Below, piece after piece: positions 13,745 through 26,579 of a DNA stretch of 64,000 nt; the first letter of the stretch is position 1; each line of letters starts with the position of its first letter. The stretch lies in contig MU271189.1 in assembly GCA_021432655.1 (NCBI GenBank), positions 1-64,000 of the forward strand, in the 5' to 3' direction. The stretch is from Atractiella rhizophila (lineage: Eukaryota). Below the pieces are notes generated by a model, which was not told the DNA's origin, made no database searches, and worked only from the letters and a program-made list of their open reading frames with translations. Both the position numbers and the translations under genes were made by a program.

Positions 13745-15292
13745 TCATGCCTTGTTCACAGACCCTGTTCCATGCATACTTTGGTAGCCCCCAACGCCAC
13801 CATGATGTCCAGAACGGCGGCGAAGTGTAATTGATGCGAACTCAGAATCGTCGCTGGCGGAGAAGTAGCGATACCACAACATTAAGCCTCTTCTCTTCTT
13901 AGAAGGAGGCAACACATTGACATGGGGCAGAATGTCCATGTCACAGCAAAATACGTGGGGAATTGATATTTACGAAAATATCTTCACCTTGAGAAACAAA
14001 CCCATTTGATTTGTAAACTTGTTGGCGCAGTTTCACAAAGTCCATTACAGAGCTGTTGGGCTATCAAGACACGTCAGGACAATACCGGTCTGCTCAGGCT
14101 TTTGGTTTCGGCAGCTACAGCTGTACTACAGGCGAGAAAGGACGGACGAGGCGAGGCTTCTATGTGGTGCACAACGTCGGAAGAGCGGCCTCTTTCGCAG
14201 TCGGGATAGCACCCGCCTTATTCATCATGGCTCTCATCGACAAGGAACCAGACAGACCACAAACAGGATGAATTGGGCAACGTCTCCGCAGAGCCTCCGA
14301 CAATGGGGTTCTAGTCTCGTCGCGAACTAGTTACGCCGTACAAAATAGAAAGCTTCTTTTTTACGTTTGGAGCCGGGTATTCTGTATCACAAAAGGAACA
14401 TATCATTGATATCCCCGTTCTTTTGGAGCAGAGGTTGGAAAATGAACAGGTACAGTTTCACGGGACCGCAAAGTCCGGATGTCTTGCCAGCCTACATCCG
14501 ACTACACGCCTCCTCTTAAGAAGAGTTGGCAAGTCAAGGTGAGTCTCTGTCATACAACAATCTTCCTTCTTCCTCTGCTCTGTGAACGGTATAGGAGGAA
14601 CCAAATAGATCATGGTTGCCCCACGTTCCGGTCAGCCCAAGGATGGCGCGTGCACTGAATGTCGGTGTGTCGCTTCTGCTTTCCCCTGCTCCTGAAGTTG
14701 ACATTTCGTCGAGAACAGAGCACGAAAAATAAAGTGCGACGGTCTCAAGGTTTGTCTTTGCCACCGATGACGAGAACTCTTCCTAACAAAGCGAGCTAGC
14801 CGATTTGTAGCTCCTGTCAGGGAATAGCCTTGAGAAGAGGTCGAGAGGCGGAACCATGTCTGTACCGACCTCCTGAGCAGTGGGAGAGGATCTTGAGAAA
14901 TCAAAGGAACCAGAAGAAAAAGAAGAATGATGTCGACAAGAAAGAATGCGATAAGCGGACAGAGAACGCTGAAGTAACAGCTACTGAAGAACCGCGGACA
15001 ACATCACTTAGCCACACAGCTAGTTCCAATCCTCCTTCAAACTCATTCCATCCTCGTGAGCCTTGGACTCCGTCTTTGTTTGTTGCCGTGCTAGAAGCTG
15101 AAGGAGTTGTAGCTGATGACAGGGGGACACCTGTCCCAATAACGACAAGTACTGATCGAATGCGTAGTTATTGTCCAGAGGCAGACCGAGAAGGGTCAGA
15201 TGGCTCAGTAGTAGATTATTTAGGAACCTTATTTGGGTATCCATTGACGAATCACAATCCAAAAGTTTCTCTTGACGCCTATTAAAGTCCAT
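13745..15292 (-). pseudogene. Possible degenerate coding relic
   Basis: A chain of short, stop-interrupted minus-strand ORFs (15292-15020, 14764-14534, 13939-13745) with no clean splice model or recognisable family. Confidence 0.2.
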
Positions 15293-15739
15293 TGTTCCAT
15301 TCCTTGAAGACCAGAAAGGTACCCATTAGTGCATTAATCTTCGTGAAAAAAACTCATTGTATTGTAAGGTATCGTTCAAATTGCCTGGACGTCGAATGTT
15401 CCAACATGCGTGTTAAACGCCAAACGCCTTGCAATCGACAAAAAGTCGGACGATGGGACTGCCTACTGATCATTGCGTGTAGCCATCTTGGGCAAAAGCT
15501 GAAAGAATAGCCTTCGGTTCTATTTCTCGAAGACTGTTGGATAATGGATGGAGCTATATTTGGCAGAACAATTTGTGCTCAATGTGTACGACTTATTACT
15601 CTTTCCAACAGCATTAAATCTCTGATGATAAACCAAAATGGGTCCCATCCGAGACTGAAGAGAAGAAATAAACAAAGGATCCAACGTCTCGAACAGAAGT
15701 GAAGATGAAATGAGGCAGACGCACCTCCATCTCACTAGT

Positions 15740-16424
15740 TCAAGGAACCAAGAGAGCGTTCACGCGCGTCTTCAATCGCCACAGATCTTCCACCGCATTC
15801 TCGTCCTTCTCAATATGCTCTCCTCTCTCCTCCTGCCTTCCACCAAAGAGGCGTCGAACAAAGCTCTGCTTCTCCTTTTGCTCTCTGAGCTGCTCTTGTT
15901 GGAGCTGTAAGTCGACAAAAGATTCGAGGTCGACCTTAATATCCATCACCAGCCTGCTCCGAAACCTTCGTGTCAGTTCATCAACCTTGAACTGGACGAC
16001 GAGAAATGGACCTCTCTATCTCCTTTTCCCCTCCTTCCGTATCTTTCAGCTTCCCAATCGCCTGCGCGCACAGCTGCAACGTATCCTTCACATCGTCCAG
16101 TCGAATCTCAGGCTCTTCACTGAGAGCTGCGTTAACATTTCCATGCACGTTTTGCTGGACACGACGGTACAACGCCCAACATTCTTGCAGTGTATAAAGA
16201 CAGGGCTTGAAGGATACTGGAGCCGTGAGTTGAAGAATTTCAAGGGTGTGATAGGGAGCACATGGGGTAGCCATATCAACGTCGTCGTTTGATTTGGCTT
16301 GATGTTTCATAGATGTTTACATTCAGAACCACGGCTAATTCACCTTGTACTGAAGCAAAGAGTTGGCTGCGTTAGGACGCACCGAGTGAACGTCGAATGA
16401 GACAGTGATTATTGCAATCTTCAT
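15740..16424 (-). CDS. Hypothetical helical/coiled-coil protein (start uncertain)
   Basis: Minus-strand ORFs 16310-15981 and 15949-15740 have protein-like charged composition and lie downstream of the CBP80 stop. Confidence 0.4.
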
Positions 16425-16488
16425 AATGTGAACGTGACGACAGATTTCCCTTTTGACACAGATCGGGTTCCTAGCATATTTGCAAGTT

Positions 16489-19266
16489 TTATCCCCTGCC
16501 AGCAAATTCTCCCCATCCCTTCGTCAAATCCATTACCTCCTTCGTCCAGCTTCCTTCCTGGATATCAACACTACCAATCGCGTCCTGACACTCTGCAAGT
16601 TGATCCGCGAACTGTCCAACAACTTGAGCTCCACTGTACAGGTAGATAATAGACGGCATACCTGAAGGCAGAAATATTTCCACCAACCCTTCAACCACCA
16701 AGTGTTCCATCCTTCGTCCTCGCTGGTAGTGAGGATGTCTGAGAATGATTTCACCACTTCAGCGAAGATGGAGGACTGCTCCTCGCGTGCATTTGTCAAC
16801 TGTTCCATAGCAGCACTGAGCTCAGGCGATGGCTCTCCATCAGCGCCTCCGGCGACATCCATCGGAGCATCTTCCTCTCCTATGAAGCATGGGTTAGCCT
16901 TCTATGCTAACAACCAGAAGTGGACGTACCACCTCCACCTCCACCCAGTCCAGCTCTTTCTCGGTCCCTCTTCTCAGTTTCCTCCTTCCTCAAAGCCTCC
17001 ACTCTTTTCTTCATGCTCTCCACCCTCCCGTTGACCTTTTCAACAGTCCCCTTCAAGACATCCCACCTTACTATATCCGCCCAGTCCACAGCTGGGGAGA
17101 TGAATACCCAACGAATCACGTCAATCGTGTCAACAACTCGGTATTGCAAGAACTTGTCAAGCACAATGAGCGCAAATTGACTGTTGTGACTGTAGAAGGA
17201 GGATACGGTTTCGATTGCAATCAGGCGGGAAGAAGGAGTGGGTGTTAGGTCACGGAGTAACTGGAGGTATCTGGCACGACAATTCAGTATGCCTTTCACG
17301 AAGAGAAGGGGAGAAGTACCGCTCGAGTACATTCAAGAAATGGGAGAACGATCGACTTCCCACTGTAAGCAAGGCACGAACAGCAAGCTCAAGTTTCTTC
17401 GTGCCGGCTTCCTCATCCGACGCTTCAAGCTTCCTCTCCAAATCAGCTGCATAGTCACTTAAGTATTGTTCCAAGTCGGGGATCGCCTTTTTCCCTCTGC
17501 GACACCTACGTCAACTCCATCCCTCTTACAAAGAAAGAAAGAGAACGAACCGAATGAGCGCCAACAAATCTTCGAACTGACCCTCTTCTGGCCAGTTGGT
17601 CGCAGGAGGATCACGAGGCATGACCCCATTTTCGACATAGGAAGACGGGACAGATTCAAGAATTCTTTGGTGGTAGCTCAATCGTGTCTCCAACTCCAAC
17701 ACTCGCTTCAAGAAGACCTTTTTAGGATGTCCGTCCTCAAGCTCCGTATCCCCTTGCCTATTATTCATAATAATCAGAACCTTTCCTCATAATAAGGAGG
17801 ACGGAACGCACCACTCGCCCCATACCCAAAGGAAGTTAAAGTTGCTGAGATGCGTGCTCAACCAATCGGCCAGCCTTACAACAACACCTGCGTTCCCTGC
17901 GGTTCCAAGGATAGAGTAAAGATATCGTATCCTCTTCCCTAATGCAGGGGCAACGGTGGCTGGAGCTGACAAGCAGAGTTGGGCCAAAAGAGAGGTATAG
18001 TAGATGGGTCGATGAGGAGGAGCGGGTTGCGTGAGGAGGGCTGAAGCGATAGTCTGCTTCCTTGTCAACACCTTCGACATTTCCGACATAGAAAGCATAA
18101 ACGCACTTCAACAATAAGCGGTTCAACGCCTTTCGGTCCAAATGCGGTGGAAGCGTAAGCAGAGGGGAGGGAAAGGAGAACCTTGGAGCATTCTTTACGG
18201 TTGCACTCATAGATATCCATCACATCCCGCACGATCTGTCGCAGCGTTGCCCCTCTTGCAGTATTATGAGGGACCACACTCTACATCTGCCATCAGTATA
18301 CTTCATTCGTAACGGAACAAAGTCTTGTTGTACCTCATCTCCCAGGCCCCTCCAGCCGATTCCGACGTGTTCATATCCCTTCCCAGCCGTATCCTCGTCT
18401 TCTGGCGGGACAAGTAAGCTTGGGATTTCCACCGGTTTCTCCTCTTCATCCTCCATGGGTACTTCCATTCCAAAATCCAGCCACCAAGACTCCGTCTCCG
18501 TCTCGCCTTCCAAAGCGTTCACAAGTTCAGCAATATCATCGATGCCTTCGAATCCAAACCCGAGATCCTCCGACCATGCAGCCACAACATTGTTCCTCCA
18601 CTCTCTCGTCGGGGAAGCGAGGTAGGCTTTCAATTTCGAGACCAGGTCAGCAGGTGCCGGAAGAGGAAGTCGGAGGAGACAGAGGGCTATGAGTCTAGCA
18701 GCGGCATCTCCTCTCACTCCTCGCAAAAAGGGGTCCTCAAGGACCTGCGAGAACGAGAACAGTAGGTTGTAGAGACTATTAAGGTCGATCAAGGGACGGG
18801 GAAGCGTGGCCAAGTGCGTGAAGAACTGAGCAAACAATCGACTCTCCCTCCAAGCCTTAATGTCCACTTTTCCTTGGAAAGCCTTCAAAAGTTCCCCGAT
18901 CAACGTTTTAATGATTATCTTCCCATCATCCTCCGTCGGTGGTGCCGCGTCCGGTTTGTAGAGATAAATGAACCAAACCATGGCAGCGAAATGGCAATGA
19001 TAATGCGGCTGTTCGGCAATGGCGATGCTCATCGACTGGACGACCGACGACGGGTCCTTTTTCCACTGCAGGCGTACCGTCTCAGCAAACGCCTTCACGT
19101 CCGGCACCGCGCCTTCTTGGCCCTCAGGGATGTCGAAGCGGAAAAATCGTTGGAGCCATTGTTTGCGCACGTCGATTTCGGGCGGAGCAACTCGTGCTTC
19201 TCGCCTTCGCTTGATCCGTCTCGGCTGGTCGTATCCTCCTCCTCCTCCACCGTAGTGACCTGGATA
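16489..19266 (-). CDS. STO1: Nuclear cap-binding protein subunit 1 (CBP80), copy lacking the first ~27 codons but with the complete C-terminus
   Basis: MIF4G-type repeats; WRESRLFAQFF, HRPIYYTSLLAQLC, ADWLSTHLSNFNFLWVWGEW, LELETRLSYHQRI, VGSRSFSHFLNVLERY, LDKFLQYRVVD. Stop at 16489. Confidence 0.85.
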
Positions 19267-21718
19267 AAAAAAAAAAAAAAAAAAAATCTCCATCAGCGCC
19301 TCCGGCGACATCCATCGGAGCATCTTCCTCTCCTATGAAGCATGGGTTAGCCATCTATGCTAACAACCAGAAGTGGACGTACCACCTCCACCTCCACCCA
19401 GTCCAGCTCTTTCTCGGTCCCTCTTCTCAGTTTCCTCCTTCCTCAAAGCCTCCACTCTTTTCTTCATGCTCTCCACCCTCCCGTTGACCTTTTCAACAGT
19501 CCCCTTCAAGACATCCCACCTTACTATATCCGCCCAGTCTACAGCTGTGGAGATGAATACCCAACGAATCACGTCAATCGTGTCAACGACTCGGTATTGC
19601 AAGAACTTGTCAAGCACAATGAGCGCAAATTGACTGTTGTGACTGTAGAAGGAGGATACGGTTTCGATTGCAATCAGGCGGGAAGAAGGAGTGGGTGTTA
19701 GGTCACGGAGTAACTGGAGGTATCTGGTATGGCAATTTAGTATGCCTTTGACGAAGAGGAGGGAAGAGGTACCGCTCGAGTACATTCAGGAAGTGGGAGA
19801 ACGATCGACTTCCCACTGTAAGCAAGGCACGAACAGCAAGCTCGAGTTTCTTCGTGCCGGCTTCTTCGTCCGTCGCTTCAAGCTTCCTCTCCAAATCAGC
19901 TGCATAGTCATTTAAGTATTGTTCCAAATCGGGGATCGCCTTTTTTCCTCTGCGTCACCTACGTCAACTTCATCCCTCTTACAAAGAAAGTGAGTGAACG
20001 AACCGAATGAGCGCCAACAAATCTTCGAACTGACCCTCTTCTGGCCAGTTGGTCGCAGGAGGATCACGAGGCATGACGCCGTTTTCGACATAGGAAGATG
20101 GGACAGATTCAAGAATTCTCTGGTGGTAGCTCAATCGTGTCTCCAACTCCAACACTCTTTTCAAAAAGACCTTTTTAGGATGTCCGTCCTCGAGCTCCGT
20201 ATCCCCTTGCCTATTATTCATAATAATCAGATCCTTTCCTCATAATAAAGAGGATGGAATGCACCACTCGCCCCATACCCAAAGGAAGTTAAAGTTGCTT
20301 AGATGCGTGCTCAACCAATCGGCCAGCCTTACGACTACACCCGCGTTTCCTGCGGTTCCGAGGATAGAGTAAAGATATCGTATCCTCTTCCCTAATGCAG
20401 GGGCAACGGTGGCTGGCGCTGACAAGCAGAGTTGGGCCAAAAGAGAGGTATAATAGATGGGTCGATGAGGAGGAGTGGGTTGCGTGAGGAGGGCTGAAGC
20501 GATAGTCTGCTTCCTTGTCAACACCTTCGACATTTCCGAGACAGAAAGCATAAACGCACTTCGACAATAAGCGGTTCGACGCCTTTCGGTCCAAATGCGG
20601 TGGAAGCGTAAGCAGAGGGGAGGGAAAGGAGAACCTTGGAGCATTCTTTGCGGTTGCATTCATAGATATCCATCACATCCCGCACGATCTGTCGTAGCGT
20701 TGCCCCTCTTGCTGTATTATGAGGGACCACACTCTACATCTGCCATCAGTATACTTCATTCGGAAAGAACAAAGTCTTGCTGTACCTCATCCCCCAGACC
20801 TCTCCAGCCGATTCCAACGTGTTCATATCCTTTCCCAGCTGTATCCTCGTCTTCTGGCGGGACAAGTAAGCTGGGGATTTCCACCGGTTTCTCCTCTTCA
20901 TCCTCCATGGGTACTTCCATTCCAAAGTCCAGCCACCAAGACTCCGTCTCCGTCTCGCCTTCCAAAGCGTTCACAAGTTCAGCAATATCATCGATGCCTT
21001 CGAATCCAAACCCGAGATCCTCCGACCATGCAGTCACAACATTGTTCCTCCACTCTCTCGTCGGGGAAGCAAGGTAGGCTTTCAATTTCGAGACCAGGTC
21101 AGCAGGTGCCGGAAGAGGAAGTCGGAGGAGACAGAGCGCTATGAGTCTAGCGGCGGCATCTCCTCTCACTCCTCGCAAAAAGGGGTCCTCAAGGACCTGC
21201 GAGAACGAGAACAGTAGGTTATAGAGACTATTAAGGTCGATCAAGGGACGGGGAAGCGTAGCCAAGTGCGTGAAGAACTGAGCAAACAATCGACTCTCCC
21301 TCCAAGCCTTAATGTCCACTTTTCCTTGGAAAGCCTTCAAAAGTTCACCAATCAACGTTTTAATGATTATCTTCCCATCATCCTCCGTCTGTGGTGCCGC
21401 GTCCGGTTTGTAGAGATAAATGAACCAAACCATGGCAGCGAAATGACAATGATAATGCGGCTGTTCGGCAATGGCGATGCTCATCGACTGGACGACCGAC
21501 GACGGGTCCTTTTTCCACTGCAGGCGCACCGTCTCAGCAAACGCCTTCACGTCCGGCACCGCGCCTTCTTGGCCCTCAGGGATGTCGAAGCGGAAAAATC
21601 GTTGGAGCCATTGTTTGCGCACGTCGATTTCGGGCGGAGCAACTCGTGCTTCTCGCCTTCGCTTGATCCGTCTCGGCTGGTCGTATCCTCCTCCTCCTCC
21701 ACCGTAGTGACCTGGATA
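16834..21718. repeat. Tandem near-identical 2.43 kb direct duplication (16834-19266 and 19287-21718) separated by 20 extra A's
   Basis: Both units start TCTCCATCAGCGCC and end GTAGTGACCTGGATA. They differ by scattered SNPs and at least one intronic indel. Confidence 0.95.
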
Positions 21719-21799
21719 CGACGCGTCGTCTTCGTACCGACGCTTTTTGGGATGAGGTGGGAGGGGATGGGTTATTCGTTGTTGGAGAGATGGAACCAT
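19287..21799 (-). CDS. STO1: CBP80, copy with the intact start but truncated before the last exons
   Basis: ATG at 21799 (MVPSLQQR...PKKRR, NLS-like). Near-identical to the other copy and broken at the poly-A junction. Confidence 0.85.
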
Positions 21800-23048
21800 G
21801 GCTAACGTGTAGGAGAAGATTCTGTGAAAAATTTAAAATCAGGTACTGAACGCTGCAGCAAGGGGACATCATATCAATCGGTCGGAAAGCAAAAGACATT
21901 CGGTGTCTTTCGCTCGTCAAAGTTAAGCTGTGTCCTGCACTTCGAGGCAATCACACTCAGGTGTCTCAACAAATTCGAACGAGAAGTCCAAATGCGCGGG
22001 ACATGCAAATACTTGGACGGGGTCGATGAAGTTTCAAAGATCATTAGGCAGATAGACAGGCGGCTTAATTAAGTTAATTTCACACTTGTCACCTGTCAGT
22101 GCAAAATACCAAGGAAATAAAGGAGAATTTTGGTGCTTTAGAACTGAGGGTTGGAGGAAGAGCAGACTTCCTTCATACCCGCGAATAATCTTAGAGAATT
22201 CAATCTTGCTGAACTTTGAGAACGTGAAGAAACAGGTGTTGCACATGGAGCAAGCAGACCGAAGACAGTTCCCTCACATGCATGTTTTCAATAGACATTC
22301 TTCGATGGTCTACACAAGTAGAGACAAATCGTGCATGTTGCTCATACGCTTTTCTTCAAGCATGAGGCACAAAGAAGCAAGTAATCAGTCTTCTCATGGC
22401 ACCTGTCCAGAGCTACTTAGGCAAATTAAATGTAAAAAAAAAGACATATTGTGGCATCATCTACATCCTTGGCAGGATACAGGACAAGACAAATTCGTAG
22501 GATTATCTACATCCTTGCCAGGATATTATTGAACCTTTGCCCCGCTCATATACATAACACAACATCAATGTCGCCCAGGAACGTGAACGTGAACAAGCTG
22601 TCGACAACAGCCAGGAAAGAAATGGCGACCGTTCTTTTTGATACAATTAGAAAGTGGCAGCACAAGACGTGCGCTTGATAGTGCAGTGCTTTATGCGCGG
22701 GTGATGGAGGAATGGAAAGAAATTGCGAAGAACCCCCATGTCTCTTGCCTTTGCCTTTGCCTTCACTGGCCACACGCCCTTCGCGACAGAGACAGCACTC
22801 ACAGTCTATGATTTGTTCAACCAACACCTACGCGTCCACAGGATACGTGTCCTGCTTTGTTGGAGTGGTTCGTCGTTGCGTTCTGCAGCGACCGGAACCG
22901 AGTTCCTTCACGACAAACACAGAGCAAGTAAAATTTCCATCCCACTTTCTTTTCCACACCAACTTGACAATTTCTTCGAAACACCAGCCACCTTCCCAAA
23001 TCATTCCCAACCACTTTCTTCGCCCTAACTAACCCTACAAACGCAACC

Positions 23049-23682
23049 ATGTTCGCCCTCGCCCGCTCCTCACTCGCCTCCACCTCGCGCACCGTCCCCT
23101 CCCTCCTTCGTCGCGGCTCCACCACAGCCTTCTCCTTCTCCGCCGACATCAACTCCACCATCGGCATCGAGCGTCGGGTGTACTTCAACGGCTTCCCGCA
23201 CATCGCCAAAACGTACGACATCCGCGCCCTCTTCACCTCCGAAGCTGGGGACGTGGAGTGGATCCGCATCAGTCGGAAGGACGTCAGCGTGCGGCCGAGG
23301 GGCGCGGTGGAGCCGGTGAAGGTCGAGAAGGTCTCGGGGCTGGTGCAGTTTAAGAATGAGGAGGCGGCGAAGAAGGCGCTCCATTTGCATGGCAGGAGGC
23401 TCATGTTCCCTCAAGGACTCATCTTGGACGGTGCGTACAGTTTTCTTTATTCGTTTTTGGATCAGAGTGGTTGTGTGTCGTGCAGAGCTGACGGGATGAA
23501 TAGGAAAAACTCTCTCGAACCGCACCATCGAGCGCACAATCATGGTCGTCCCCGCTCGTCCAGTTTCAGAATTGGGGCAGGGAAGGGATGGCGCATCATT
23601 TGGACAGGGTGAGACGGCCAACGCTGGGGATGATGTGACGGCGACGAAAGATGCGGTCGAGTCTGAGAAGAAGGAGGAATAG
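23049..23682 (+). CDS. RRM-domain protein with a probable mitochondrial presequence
   Basis: MFALARSSLASTSR presequence, RNP2-like VYFNGFP, RNP1-like GLVQFKN, intron 23430-23503. Confidence 0.7.
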
Positions 23683-24282
23683 TTCGTTATTTCTTTGAGC
23701 CGAGTTGGTTGGGAAGGATGAGGGAAAAGTTTATAATACGATATGCTTGAACCGTTAGAGGTTAATTTTATTACACACCACGCCATTCTGAAGCCATTCA
23801 AGTTTCGCATATAGGGCAAATTTTATCCCTATTAGAACACGTCATTCAGAACTACATAGAACTGAGAGCTATTGGAGTCGACACGTTACGCGTCGACTGC
23901 CTTCTGCTGAAACAATACCGAGCCTTTCTGAGCGAACTGTGGTTACAGGTGCTCCAAAGTAAATTCGTAGAATATAATACTCATCGTGAAGTCTGCAAAA
24001 TTTCCTACAGCCTTCACAAGCGAACATTTTATGTACCCTGATGGAGTTCGCGCTAAGTAAATTTACATTTTATCTAAATTGATTCATTTTAGATCTCATG
24101 CGCGGTTACCAAGTGTGCTATATGAATAAACATTTCGCGCTTTCTACGGTGGATTATATTCGCTCAGCATATCATGCCAAAGCAGCTCCACCTTGATCCT
24201 GCCCAAGACGCGCACCTTCCACATCCCTTCCCTCACCGCATCTTCCTCTACAGCATTGACCACCATTCGTTCTGTCCGAGTT

Positions 24283-26579
24283 TCAGCTGAAGCTCGTACT
24301 CGTCCTTCCAGATCTGTCCCTCCCGTCAGTCTCGAGATTCATACTTTTTGAATAAGAAAAAGGGAGAAGTGGCGTACACGAAATTTGCGAGAGCGCATGT
24401 CGTCTCTCCGTGTCGTGTGGCGTCTGACAAAGGAAGGGTTGGAAAAGGGATGGCTGGGAGTGCTCTTCTCTTGTTCGGAACGGCCAGTGTCGTTGTGCTG
24501 CTCTTTCTTTCAGGTTCATATATCCAAACTCAAAGGTTCGCGAGGGAGGAAGTGGAGTACTCAATGTTGGACATCGATAAATGGAAGAGGATGCTGTAAG
24601 AGGACGAAGTGTTGGTATTCGACGTACCGGAAGCGGCGCTGGTCGTGTCTTCAATGTTGGTAGTCGGGTTGAAGAAGGGGTTGGTTGGACGTCGAATGGA
24701 AACAGCCGCGTTGTAGAGCGGTTTGGATACGCTTGCGAATCAGGTTGTCGTGGATGAGAGCGTGGACGTGGTCCGGGCTCCAAAGGAGGCAAGCTTTCAG
24801 GAACAAGCTGTGGAGTTCGGCCAGCAGAGTTTGTTCCGGATAGTGAGGAGGACGAGATTGGCTTTGGTGTGGTAGCACCCTCCCTTTCAAGAGGGTGATC
24901 TGGCGTTGCCCTCTCAAAAGCATCGTAGTTGGCTGTGTCATCATCCAGTTGGGTAACCTTTGGCGTCGTTTCTTCGAAACTCTGTGGACGAACCACTTTA
25001 GGTGTCAGTTCCCCTTCCTGTACAACGTCCCTCGTAGATGTAGCAACACTGTCGACGGCGACTGAAATGGAGCTTTGTAGAGAGAAAGTCGGCGTTTCTT
25101 CGATGTTACCTTCTGACTCGGAAGTAGGAGAAATCGTCACATCCCCAGGTTCCTCCGGTAGAGGTTGGGCGGTCACGTTTGGGCCAATGTCTGAAGTAGA
25201 TACATGATGTGAAGGTGCATTAATTGGCCTAGGAGTTAATACAGGTGAAGGGGCAATGCTTGAAACTAGGGAGCTTTGCATGGATCCCCATGGTGGAGAC
25301 TCTGGTCCCGATTGAAGAGCTGTAGAAGGGAGCTCTATGCCTAGGATTTTCTCTCTGAAACGCTGCTTTGTTCCCAGGAGCCAGGGTGGGGAGGAATCTG
25401 TAGGCAGTGTCCATTTGGGATAAAACTTGCCATGACAGCCTTGTGTCTTGAGACCAGAAAGTTCGCCCGGGAGCGAAGCGAGAAATCGATCACAGAGAAC
25501 GCAGCTCAGTTTGCTGCACCCAATGTACGGAAACAGGTTGACAGATGATGCAGAGGCGAGATGAAAAACAATCTGGATCTCCGCATGAACGTGGTTTGCT
25601 TTCCGTTGTTCAGCCATAAAAGACCACGAAGAAGGCAGTCGAGTAAATTTCCGGCTCCACGCAAACCGCGAAATGTCTGAGAGTTCAAGGTATAGCCCGC
25701 ATTTCGTAGATTGACATCGAGGTTGGGGGAATGATATCTACTATGATTCGGGATACCTGACGTGCAAGTTGGACACACAAATCCAAAAAGCGCTTGGGGA
25801 TGGTTATTTTCTGCAGCAATGTAGAAAGTTTAGGGGCAGAACCAAAACGCGATTTGTCATGTCCCGTTCGAGAGAGGTTCTTAGACAAATTGCAAGCGCT
25901 GACGGCAAATTCACTGTGATCTGAAGAAGACAGCAACAGATCCTCGAACGGGCGTAGATAGGATCCTATATGTGGCCTGACTTGACAGACTACTTCTGAC
26001 AATTTGGTGCGATAGTGGTCTAAGCGCTGGCGACTTTGCTCGACGATAACTTGAAAGAAACGATCGCAAATGGCTAACCTCACCTCAGCCAATTCTTTTG
26101 CAGGCTTCTTACAGACCTCTTTTCTCGCAAGACCCGGATGGGAGTTTCGATATTGTGTTAGCAAATTCTTCCAGATCTTTACAAAAGCTCGCACTCTTTG
26201 AATGGAGCCCACTGTTCATGGCAACCTTTATCGTCACCTCATCCGGTTTCTCGACCATAGCAGTAGCAGTGACATATTCAGCACCTTTTCTCGACAGGAC
26301 ATGCGCAAGAGTATCCAGGAATCGTCCTTTCAAACTCGAAGCGGTACCCGGGTCCGAGAAGGATCGTTTCTGGACCGGCAGTCCAATAAACAGGCTCCCC
26401 GTATTCGCAAAGGCAGTCAAAGTAATCAAAGCGCGTAGTTCGTTATCCATGAATGACACGTCCATTCGCTCCCTTTTGAGCAAAGCCTTAAAGCTCCCAA
26501 ACGCGTCGTTCCCGTCTCCGGAACTACAACACATTGAAAATAAAAGTGGGACCAAGGACATTAATGACAGCTGTCGCAT
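24283..26579 (-). CDS. OTT_1508-like nucleic acid/nucleotide deaminase with long Ser/Thr/Pro-rich tail (reading frame changes twice; may be disrupted)
   Basis: Zn-deaminase motifs HVHAEIQI, YIGCSKLSCVLC and GCHGKFYPKWTLP. N-terminal RFLDTLAHVL..VTATAM..IKVAMN is typical of the fungal members. Confidence 0.8.

Noticed and set aside
19266..19286. Poly-A as the tail of a retrocopy or LINE insertion
   Set aside because: Both flanking copies keep their introns, no target-site duplication is visible, and the excess is a round 20 bases at an overlap junction.
18220..19323. 367-aa ORF beginning MLRWMSPEALMEIFFFFFFY as a novel protein
   Set aside because: The poly-Phe N-terminus is simply read-through of the junction A run into CBP80 exon 1.
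23023..23040. CTAACCCTA as a telomerase RNA template or telomeric repeat
   Set aside because: A single short match in a C/A-rich 5' UTR, with no supporting structure or array.
22817..23819. Long antisense ORFs (195 and 249 aa), and similar shadow ORFs across the window
   Set aside because: They overlap well-supported genes on the opposite strand and are explained by GC-rich codon usage.
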